Positions 37,708 to 48,415 of a DNA stretch of 64,000 nt are shown here, piece after piece. The notes under the pieces were generated by a model. The model worked only from the letters and a program-made list of their open reading frames with translations, was not told where the DNA came from and did not search any database. Position 1 is the first letter of the stretch, and each line of letters begins with the position of its first letter. The translations under genes were made by a program, and so were the position numbers. The DNA is from Rhynchobatus australiae (lineage: Eukaryota): positions 74,429,312 through 74,493,311 of the forward strand of contig JAUZTB010000011.1 of the NCBI GenBank assembly GCA_034780895.1. Reading direction: 5' to 3'.

Positions 37708-38504
37708 GTAAATGTCTGGTTGGTTGGATTTTTGTGACTTTGCTGTTTGGTCTTAAGCATGTAACTGAGGCATTTTGACAATTTCAACTTGAATTAAAAG
37801 AACACGTGCACAAATATGGCAGCTACCTTAAGTAACAAATTCATTACAATTTCTTGGCGTCTCAATTAGGACCCTCTTGATGTTTGTCTTGAGCTTTGTT
37901 GCTTGGGTTGTCTTTAATGCTGGTAGTGGAATTGGGTGCATGGATGTCATATTGTATCAGGTAAGTTGAAAATGGGCATGGTTGGCTCCCCGTAATATGC
38001 TTTTGTTTTTAATAAAAGAATCAAAGGTGTTGAGCTTTTAGGAATTAATCATGCTAAAAATTAGTTTGTTTATTGAACTTGGCTCTGTTTCCAGGTTAAT
38101 TTATTAGCTCTGGTTCCACTGGGCACAAGCAAGCACAGTATAAAAAGTCTCAGCAGAATTTTTTTCATTGTCCAAGATTGCTATCTTCTAGATATTGGTT
38201 GCTTATTGAACTCGTAAAATGGTGCAATTAACTTCCTAGGAAGAAATTTATCAAGCAATTTGTTTCTGTAGGTAATAGAGAATACTTACAATCAAAGAAG
38301 ATAGCAAGGTGGGACCAATTTCTGGATTAAGATGTCAATTAATGTTTTCCTTAAAGTACGCATTTGTGATCAAAAGTTTTTGTCAGTGGGATCAGTGATT
38401 TAAAAATCATGAAAAGATGTGAGGGGAAGTTCTGGGGTATCAGATGAATTGCTCGCAAAATTGAGGATAACACCCTATTGTCATTTATATCCAGTCTGCT
38501 GGGG

Positions 38505-38662
38505 ATCAAAGTCAAGTTTATTGTCATGTGTACAAGTACACGCATACACAGGTGCAATGAAAAACTTGCTTGTAACAGCATCACAGGCACATAGCATCAT
38601 ATAAGGAGCATTCACAAGAAAAACATAAATTATACACAATTTTTACTAGAAAAAACACAATT
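38505..38662 (-). mobile_element. Rex1-like LINE 3' UTR fragment
   Basis: tcaaagtcaagtttattgtcat...caggtgcaatgaaaaacttgcttg..cagcatcacaggcac (AATAAA and short tandem tail on the minus strand). Confidence 0.55.
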
Positions 38663-39688
38663 CTTGTAAGATGTTAACATTTCAGATAGTTGCAGAGATC
38701 TGTTTTTGTTTGCTCCCTAAGCAAATTTGCTTTTTATTTCTAAGCTTGTGTACATATAAATGTTGTCCTTTTTCAGTTTTCTCCTTTGTGAGCTTTTCTC
38801 TTGTGTGTTCATCATCCTGGCAAGTTTGTTTGCCTTAATGAAACAATAGCAACCTTATATCTTGTTAGAGTATCTTTTTTTATATACAATCATTTTGACT
38901 CATTTGCAACCTCTCTCTAGTTGGAGTGACATTATTTCTCATACCCTATTAAAATACTTTCTTGCCTTTCCCTTCTAGTGAAACGTTTCGTGCAAAGTAC
39001 CAACATAGCTTTTTACAGATGCTAATGGATTTGATGAATATTTCCGTCTTCATTTTTGTCTTTTTGTTATATTGGCTACAGTTAACAAAATGTTATTTTT
39101 CTTTCATTAGGTTATAATTGTACCAATTTCAGCAAGATACAAAATATATTTATTTTAAATACCCAGGCTAGTTCATCCTTGTACTAATTTCATGATAGCA
39201 AAGGTTTCCTCTATCACAACTGTGCTTCAGGATGCCTTTCCTAGAAAGAAAAGAATCTGTCTGAGATAAGAGTTTCATTGATCTTGCAGAATTGTCTGTA
39301 AAAGTCTTTATGGTTTTGATTCTGAAAGTGATTAACAGTAACCATTGTTAGCATTTCTTTTGGAAAACATTGCATATTTGAACCTCATGACCATCATATC
39401 CCTTGAGCCTTCCTTTTGACTGGAAGAATTGTACGAACTTCATTCTAGGACATCTTGATGATGTATCACATGGTTGCATTCCGACTTTGGGTGTTCGCGT
39501 TTATATGTTGATAGCAAAGACAGAAGTACCCTATGAAATAGATTGCATTGTACTTTATTGTGTGTGAATACCATTTGTTTGCTGCTTCAGTTGTAGAACC
39601 TGAACTTTCTGTTCTGCATTATAAATTTGCTTTAATAAGCTATGTGCAAATACATTTAAGTACACAAATTTACCTTTTTTATTTGTAG

Positions 39689-39913
39689 GAGCCTAAATCC
39701 ATCACTGATGATTACTTCAGAGAAGTAAATTCACGTCGGTCCCATGAAGTAGTGTTGAAAGAGCAGGAAAAGATGTTCCTGCAAGGCGGACCAGGAGTAT
39801 ATAAGGTAGTGAAGACTGGGCCTTCAGGGCACAACATCAGGAGCTGCCCTAACCTTAGAGGTATCCCCATTGGAATGTTAGTTCTTGGGAACAGAGTCAA
39901 GGCATTAGGCGAG
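39689..39913 (+). CDS. MYCBP2: MYCBP2 exon (EPKSITDDYF...RVKALGE)
   Basis: tgtag| ... |gtatgg; phase 0 to 0. Confidence 0.97.
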
Positions 39914-41560
39914 GTATGGATTCATGAAAGTGTGTTATTGCAGGTACCAATCAACACAATAGAGCAAATGCTGCAAAATTGATGTCTTCTCAAGCTTTTG
40001 CATAGTATTATAAGAGGACATCTGGTATTGGTATAATTTCTTCATTAAAATAGGTATTGTTGCATTTGGGTGCTTAACAAATGGTGGAAGGTTTTATACC
40101 ATGCTTACCAAAGTTGCTAATTTGCTGATGCTCTGAGCTTTAATTTTTTTCCGATGATTCAACATGTTCTGTTGCTTTGATTTTCTTTCATTTCTTCTAA
40201 ACTTCAGAAACTAATGTTCATTATTAATTATTTCCAACATTAATCACTCTTTAAATGGCAGTTTGATTAAGATATTTGGTGAAGTATATAAATCGATGTA
40301 AACATCTCTATGTTCTCTTTTGGTTTTTCTACAATTTTAAAGCTATATATAGTAATTTAAATAATTGAGTTATAAACCAGATTTTACTGAAATTAAGGAA
40401 TCTGATATTTGTGTACAATTCAGTGTGAAATTGATTCTAAAATTTAGTTGCTGCAGTAAGTGTTAAATGAAACTGTGAAAACTATAACTCATTTCTAATG
40501 TAGTTACTCTGACCCAGTCATTGGTCTTGCAGATCCTTCTTATACCTATAGTATTTTAAAGACCAATTAAGAATAATGCTGTTTATTGAGAAACAATTAC
40601 AACAGACAACACTTTAAAATCTGTTGGGCTGGAATTTGCTGAATAAAATAAGAGCATGTGAATGAGGCATGCTGTGATTAATGGGCAAATTGTCCAGCAA
40701 TTTGGGACAAGGGTAGCATCTCCCATGAATTGTGAAATGCTGCATGTTGCTGGGTAACTGAACCTGCTCCAATGTTAACTTCACTAAAACATCTTGCACT
40801 TAACCTCCTTGTATTTTTCATGGTTGCTCTATTTACATATTAACTATCCATAAATTCAGACAAATAGTTAAATCTGGTAATTGTATGTGTGATTAGTACC
40901 TTTTCAACATAATTATTAATGACTGGCAATTAATCTATCTGGCCCAGAAGCTGAACAACTAAAATTGTAGAATCTTGGTTCTTTAAAGTATTTCTTAAAA
41001 CAGTAAATTGTACTTTTTTCCTCTTTCCATCCCTCAAATCACTTGTTTTCCTCTCTTAATGTCACCAATCTGTAATGTCACCTTTGTTGTCCTTTTATTT
41101 TGCACTTCTTTCATCTAATTGATTTTGCTGTACAGTTGATTTTATTCTTCATCAAGTCCCAGCTGCTCTTTTGCCCCTCTTGCTCTGTTGTCAGCTCACA
41201 CTTCCAACAGCTTGAAGATCAAAAATATTTTGGAGTTTAAGGTTGCAGGAAAAATTCTCAACTAACCAGGCATGTGGTGAGATCCACCTGTCCAGCAAAT
41301 TCTGGCCCATTGTATCTAAAATCAGAGTCCTCTTTTTAAGAGTCAAAATGACGAAGCTGCTATATCGAGATTCAGTATTTTTATTTGCATTGCTTTTTGC
41401 AGTGTTTTTCAGGTAAAAAGGGGTCTTCCCAATCAATTATGAGCTGTAACAGCTCAGGTTTTTAAAGTTAAGCTGTAAAGCATTTAAACAATGTCAGTTC
41501 TACAAGGATTACAATTCCATTGCTAAGCATGAAACAGAATAAGTGTCATTTGTGTAATAG

Positions 41561-41693
41561 GTGACAAACCATGAGGGCTCGTGGATCCAACTTGATAAGA
41601 ACAGCATGGTGGAATTCTGTGAAAGTGGTGATGGCGAGGCCTGGTCCTTGGCCAGAGACCGAAGTGGTAACCAGTACTTAAGACATGAAGAGG
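41561..41693 (+). CDS. MYCBP2: MYCBP2 exon (VTNHEGSWIQLD...YLRHEE)
   Basis: aatag| ... |gtaggt; phase 0 to 1. Confidence 0.96.
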
Positions 41694-42239
41694 GTAGGTA
41701 GCTCATTCAGTTACTCTCAATGTGTGGAAAACTTCTGTCTGCAGTAATATTTTCAAAATCTGTTGAAAGAAAAAACTGGGTCTCATTTATACTTCTACGT
41801 GTAAAGATATGAATTGAACTTTGAGGTGCCAGTTAAAATAATTTGCTTTTTTGAATAACTTATGATTCCTTCATTTGCACTTTGTACCAAAGGGCCATTT
41901 TGCCTGTGTATTGCAACTTTTTTAAAACAAGATCTGATTATAAAAGTCTGTGCATCTCATTTTCCGAACCACCAACTTTAATCCATAGGTTTAACATTCA
42001 ATATTGCCTTAAATCAACTTGCTCTTTCTGAACCATGTTATGGCCAGTATTTTCCCATGGATGACGGTTTTGAAGGATTTTAGACAAAACTTTAAACAAT
42101 GTAGGTCAATTAAAGATCTAAAAAAAAATGCTTAAACTGAAGTTTTATGAAATATTGATCTGTTGATTAGAGTGAAAATAGCTAAATGCTCCTATATCTG
42201 ATATTGATCACGTCCTTGAGAGTGTAATGTACGAGTCTC

Positions 42240-43210
42240 CAGAAAAAGGGAGGAAAAATGTGCCCAGCTAGCCCTCATCCTGATGGCAACGTTTGTGATT
42301 GCCTCAAGCTATGTGTAACACTTGAGTACACAAACACCAAGTGTCACTACATGCTGAGGATCTACCTGTTTTTGGTTTTGTGAGGGATGGGCCTGGGCTC
42401 CTTGCAGCAGAACATTCCATTCAGTTGGACCATGCCGCATGCCTGTCCCTCATTGAAAAGTTTCTACTGAGAAACATCTTGAAAGACAAGTTAATCATGC
42501 ATTGGTATGTACTGAATATCATAGAGGCCATTGCAAGAGAAGGAGACTGTGGACCCATTCTTATGGTTCCCCAACAAACTGTTAGTGATTTGGCAGAATT
42601 CCTCATCAACAGAACTTTCATACGATCACCAAGACCTTGCTTGGCTGGTGGTGAAAAGGACACAACCTGTCAGATTCTTCATTCACAGCCTGAGTCTCAA
42701 TCCCACTGTGTGCTGCTCTCGAAATGACCACAGTGTGGATGATGTGGTCATCCACGTGGTGGACTGCACTTGCCAAGAATATCTGGAAAGGGGTGCAGTG
42801 GTCTTTGTCAAGGTTCATTCTGAGCAACTGTAACACAGGACTCTTGTATTCTATGGACTGTTCCCAAGGATGCAAACTGAGATGAGCATCAATTGCATCT
42901 GGAAGATCATCCACTCATTAAAAGTCAAGGTTCAATTTGCCAGAAACTTGAGCTCNNNNNNNNNNNNNNNNNNNNNNNNNNNNNNNNNNNNNNNNNNNNN
43001 NNNNNNNNNNNNNNNNNNNNNNNNNNNNNNNNNNNNNNNNNNNNNNNNNNNNNNNAAGGTTCAATTTGCCAGAAACTTGTGCTCTTCCACTGTTAGGAGA
43101 TACCTACAGCAGAATACTGCCAACTAGCACATTCCTAGATGTAGGAGAATGTGCTGAGAGATAAAGAGGTGTACTGAAGCTTGCTGCAGCCACAAAGGCT
43201 CTGGTGTGGA
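42240..43210 (+). mobile_element. Tx1-type L1-clade LINE, ORF2 C-terminal fragment
   Basis: KCHYMLRIYL...LIEKFL...EKETVDPFLWFP...IWQNSSSTELSYDHQDLAWLVVKR.. across frameshifts. Confidence 0.8.
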
Positions 43211-43314
43211 AAGGCTGTGTCTGCCCACTACTAGACACTGAGGGACTGACCCTTTAAAGCAATCTCCCAAGTGAAGATGAAACATTAGTGATGCTATTGA
43301 TAAGGAATATATTG

Positions 43315-43945
43315 AGAAACAGGCCTGCAGATGCTGGAATCTGAATAAAAATCACCTATGATGCTGGATGAACTCAGCAGGCCAGGCAGCATCAGTGGAG
43401 AAAAGCAGGCGGTCAACACTTCGGGTCAGGAACCTTCTTCAGGACTGAAGATAGGAAAGGGGAAGCCCAATATATAGGAGGGATAAGCAGAGCCGTGATA
43501 AGTGAACAAAAGAGGGGAGGTGGGGTGGGCACAAGGTGGTGATAGGTAGATGCAGGTGGGTGAGAGTGGTAGGTTGGTGCAGGGGAGGAGGAAAGAGCAG
43601 ATCCTCTGGGAGATGGGTGAAAAGTAAGGGGGGGNNNNNNNAAGAGAGGGGATAGATGGCCAGGAAAGGGAAGAAAAGAAGAAGCATGCTTAGTAGGGTT
43701 GTGGGAATTACTTAAAGTGGGAGAATTCAATCTTCATGCCATTATGCTTCAATGTTCCAAGATGGAAAATGAGGTGCTGTTCCTCCAGTTTGCGCTTGGA
43801 ATTCTGCTGGCAGTGGAGGAGGCCAAGGACTGAAATCTGTGATAGTGTGGGAGGGGGAGTTGAAGTGAATGGCAATGGGGAGATGCAGGTCAAGGTTACA
43901 GACAAGCTAGAGAAACAAAGGACTGCTGATGCTGGAATCTAGATG
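43315..43945 (-). mobile_element. Penelope-like element: endonuclease C-terminus, 3' UTR and terminal repeat
   Basis: ORF 43708-43905 ISVLGLLHCQ..KRKLEEQHLIFHLGTL..NGMKIEFSHFK; pyrimidine-rich UTR; terminal repeat at 43322-43445. Confidence 0.85.
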
Positions 43946-44084
43946 CAAAACTCCTGTGATGCTTGAGGAAGAGATTGAACGAATGTATTGAATTGCTTGG
44001 TACTGTGAAGGTAATGAGATATCCCAATTGAATTATATATTTTGTTTGTAAAATATTTTGGAAAAATAACTAAATGGCTTACCA

Positions 44085-45600
44085 ACTGAGATGTATTCTC
44101 CTCCGTGGGAGTGTTATGCATCCAGCTGGCATACATTACAATCTGAGGAAAGGCATCATCACCTTCATCCACAAATAGAAAGAGAAGGAAGAGATGAAAA
44201 ATTGGCAACCTATTTCATTGTTAGATGTGGATGACAGGCATTCTTCCCAACGCTATGCCCAGTCAAGCTCTAAAGCAGGCAGTTCACCAGGACTAGATCT
44301 ACGCTGTACTAGACAGGAAAGTCTCTGACAGCCTTGTGGTACACAAGGACATAATTGCCTTCATGTAGGGCAGGAGGTGGCTTTTGCCTTGTTTTGGACC
44401 AGGAGAAGCCTCTCGACAGAAAATCATAAGCATGCATGGTCAGTGTGCAATCCAAAATGGGCTTTGAGGAAGGAATCCATAATATAATACAACTGTTCTA
44501 TGCATAAGCTTATAGCGGGTGGGAAATGGAAAGCACCCTGAATGAGTCTGGAGTTGTGCTGGGCTGCCCTCTCTCCTGTTTTGCTTTTGTTCTGTGTTGA
44601 GCCTTTTGTCAAATTCATCAGGAAGAATATGGGTAGAAGAGAGGTGCTCGGGCACTCAGGTCAAAGTCTCCCAATATATGGGCGATGTTGCTATCTGCTG
44701 CTTGAACCAACTGTCAATTTGTAGAGTGATAAGTAGCTGTGATCAGTTGGAACTGGCCTCAGATGCCAGAGAAAGTGCAACAAAGTAAGGAAGTACTCTT
44801 TGACAAGTGGTCTGCCTGATCCTCTGTTCCCTTCCGCTTTGTGTCTAGTTACCTGAAAGTGCTAGGAATGTGGTTCAGAGGAGCCAGGTCCTGCACCAAG
44901 AATTGGGTAGAGCACATAACCAGGGTGAAATAGAGAGATGCCCCTTTTCACTTGCAGGAAAGAATCTGATTGTCATTGAGAGTTGCTTGGTGATGCAGTA
45001 TCTGTGCAGATGCGGCCCATACCGTGCTCATGAAATGGATTATGTGGCTACAGAATGTTCCATTAATTTGGTCCATGTCATACCAGTTGTCCTTCTTGTG
45101 AGAAGGAGATAGTAAGGAGAAGGAAAAGGGGATAGTAGATCCCGTCAGATGATTCCCCCAAAAGATTTCTGAAATCATTTGGCAGAATGTTTCTTCATTA
45201 AACTTCTAAATAAGCCTCAAGACCCTGCTTGGCTGTTGGCTCTCTGTCAGGTCCTACATGCACAACCAGAGCGTCATGCTGCTCTTGAGCTGGCTGTGAT
45301 GCAAGTGAGACAGTCATCCATATGCCAAGAAAGTCTGGAAGGGGATGCAGTGATCTCTGTCAAGGTTCATCCTGAGCAGTTGGATAGTACAGGACTCCAT
45401 AGTCTCTATGTTGTTCCCAGTAATACATAAATGAATGTTGACTGCTGCTGGAAGGTCATCATCTTGGTGAAAGACACTGGTCTGCCTGGAACTTTGTTGA
45501 TGTTCCAGTATGAGGAGTTGTCAGTGGCCAACTACACATTTCAAGGCCCAAGACTACATGTTGAGGGATGCAATCAAACTTGGCAACTACTATAAAGACT
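44085..45600 (+). mobile_element. Tx1-type LINE, degenerate RT plus C-terminal ORF2 fragment
   Basis: KGIITFI..., WQPISLL, DQEK, LSPVLLLFCVEPF, QVKVSQYMGDVAI (YMDD changed to YMGD at 44675-44686), SLAGKNL, IIWQN. Confidence 0.8.
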
Positions 45601-46999
45601 TTAGTTTGGAGTCGTCTTGCCTCTGTACACTAAGGTGCTAATGAAATGTTTGAGAATGAAAAGAGGGATGCTATGTTGGCATAAGGTAAATTTTGTAAGG
45701 TGCAATGATGTGTTTGGCATAGTGAATGGCCCTATACTGTGTAATTGTAAATTCTATGAATAAGGTATTTTTTTGAGAAGAAAAGATGGGTAATTATTCA
45801 ATTATCATTCACAGAACTGAAGCTTCACTATTTAGAAAGCTTCTGCCTCTTTAATTATGCTTTAACTTATTGTGTATTAGTTGCACTCCCAATATTACTT
45901 TGAGAACCAATAACAGTCTCCAAGAGGCAATTTTATAATTTTGATTACACTTCCGGAAGTATATTTAAACAGTGTTGCAGTTTTAAAGATCCAGAAAATA
46001 GGTTAATTTTGAAATGAAACTGGGAGGAATCTGGCCATACTCAGTCATGTGGCAAGGAAATACGTTGAACCAACAGGACTGGAAGGACAATAAAATTCCT
46101 GTCCCAACAAAAGTCTTTCCAGGAGATAATAGTCCCTGCTGCTTTCTTAACCTTAAAGAGATGTTGGAGAAACAATCAGATTTTTATGAATTAATTCAAA
46201 TGCTGAACATCAGGCCTGTATTTCTTTGTATGTAAAGAGTGTAGAATCCATTATGCTTTGGGTGGAATAAATTTGAAGAATAATAAAGTGCTGCTGACAC
46301 TGAACTTTAATAATGTTATAGTGGAGAAAGAAGCAGCAGTGTTACATTGCAGGCACTCTTAGAAAATAATTTTGTGATTCATGTGTAAAGAGCAGCTATT
46401 AACAAAGCAAAATGTATATATTATTTACCACGAAATATTTCCTTTACATGTAGATAAGCGCCTTACCAATTTTGTTTTCTAAGTTTGGGAAATCTAATCA
46501 ATTCAATACATGCTCTCTTTGTCTTCAGGCATGTCTTATTGATTAATAGGTCCAAGAATGCATACCAAAGATATAAAATTATCCATTGGCTTCAAATTCA
46601 GAAGTATTTTCAATGCAAACTCACCCAGCAAACAGTTAAAGCTGTTGGAAAGGCCGTTCTCAAAATGAGCTTGTCAAAAAGGGCCAAGATGCCAAAACAG
46701 AGGATTATTCTTGCTGCTCTTTTGTGCCCCCTCCCCTTTCACCCCTTCTCTTCCTCCACTGGCATCCAGTTTAGAGGCATTCTAGATTGTCCTAATGCAG
46801 GAACATGGAAGGAACACATTGTTAATTTGTTGTTTAACCTCAAACTTTTGCAAAAGTGTCACATTTTTTTGCAAGATTAAAAATGGAAAAAAAATCGCAT
46901 TGCACCTAATTAATTTTGATCCCAAATAAAAGTACATTCTTACATTTATGATGAGTGCTTTTGTTTGCAAAAAAGGCTTTTAATAGTTGTCTTTGACAG

Positions 47000-47125
47000 A
47001 ACAAGCACTATTGGATCAAGCACCTCAGACGCCTCCGCCCAGTCCTTTCACGGCTCCTGCTTTCAGCAGGAGTGCTGGTGGCAACAACACTCAAGGATTT
47101 GACTACAGCCTTGCAAATACCAAAG
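47000..47125 (+). CDS. MYCBP2: MYCBP2 exon (QALLDQAPQTPPPSPF...LANTK)
   Basis: gacag| ... |gtgtgt; phase 1 to 1. Confidence 0.94.
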
Positions 47126-47899
47126 GTGTGTGAAATCACTTGTGTAGTTTCTTGCAGTTAATGAATTTCTGTTCCATACAGGTTAAAGCACATTCAGTTT
47201 ATTATCCTGCATGTTTCAAATTTCCCTGTGCTAAGTNNNNNNNNNNNNNNNNNNNNNNNNNNNNNNNNNNNNNNNNNNNNNNNNNNNNNNNNNNNNNNNN
47301 NNNNNNNNNNNNNNNNNNNNNNNNNNNNNNNNNNNNGTGCTAAGTATTAGATACAGAGAAATTATGTTTAGAATATAATCTCTAATTATAAAATTTGTCA
47401 TTTCTGTACCAAATGTATACCAAAGAATCTGAAATGGTTTGTATTTGCATGCTTGGTACTATAAATTATTCTCTGCAATTTAAAAAAGATGATTATATGA
47501 ATAAAATTTAGGAACAATGCATTTAGCATATGATAAAGTATGGATATAAAATTTGATAAAGCATCTTTTTTAAAGATGCCTCTTTACCTTTCTACTGTGA
47601 GACCTGCTGTCTGTCAATTCAGGTGTTTATTTTTCATATATAATCTCTTCAGAGAGCAATTCTATGACCCAGTTGGCTGTAGTTCGAACCAGTTATCTAA
47701 GTTTGCAGAAGTATCTGATGCTTTGCATTCTTTTCTTGAAAAGCTCTCAGTAGCTCACCATGCTGATGATATTTCTGCTGCTTTTCATTTATTCAACAAT
47801 TTAATTGTCAAATTTTGAGGCACTGTTTTTTATGTTTTGAAAAATTACAGCCAACAAAAAGTCAAATGATTAATTTGAGAATTGCTTTGGAATATTAAT

Positions 47900-48145
47900 A
47901 AATACAAGTTCAATGGTGTTTAGATAGGTCAGATGACTGGGAAAACTAGAAACCAAACAATTGCAGATCCACCTGAGAAGGACTAGGTTTAACATCTCAT
48001 CCAATAGAAGCCAGCACTTTGAACAGTAGAGGCTCCTGTGAGATTGCACACGAATTTTTAGACTAGAATTGTGTACTTGAATTGCTCAAGTGGACTTAAT
48101 GTGCATCTAATTTACTTGGAACCATGAATGCTTACCTTAGCTCTG
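47900..48145 (-). mobile_element. DeuSINE remnant
   Basis: tccacctgag...ggtttaacatctcatcc...cagcac...acagt...ctagaattgtgt...gtggactt. Confidence 0.6.
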
Positions 48146-48370
48146 GTTGATGCTGGGTATTCCTTCAGAGTGTCATTCAAAACTTACCACAGCAGTTTTC
48201 AAAGTAAATATTGAGGGCAATGGAGTGTTGCTTATGTTTTGAGTTGTATTTACCATTGTTTCTGAGTTACACCATTTGCTTCTGCTTTGTAGTACAGCAA
48301 TTAAAATACTAGAATATGATGCAGAATTAAAGTTTTATGCTAAATTTTTCACAATTTTTCATTTTTAAAG

Positions 48371-48415
48371 ATGAAGTAACTACAGACCTTGACTTGGGAT
48401 CCTACACAGAACCTG
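48371..48415 (+). CDS. MYCBP2: Candidate 45-nt alternative microexon (DEVTTDLDLGSYTEP)
   Basis: gctaa branch-like motif, T-rich tract, aag| 45 nt open frame ending CTG|gtaagt; phase 1-1 matches the host intron. Confidence 0.65.

Noticed and set aside
33739-37811. Repeated 11-12-mers (tgcagatatcta at 33739/34797; aacacgtgcac at 34729/37801)
   Set aside because: A few such matches are expected by chance in a 6.7-kb AT-rich intron
41380-41418. Possible 10-nt microexon or recursive splice site (ttgcag|tgtttttcag|gtaaaa)
   Set aside because: Not frame-preserving, the intron is short, and longer versions contain stops
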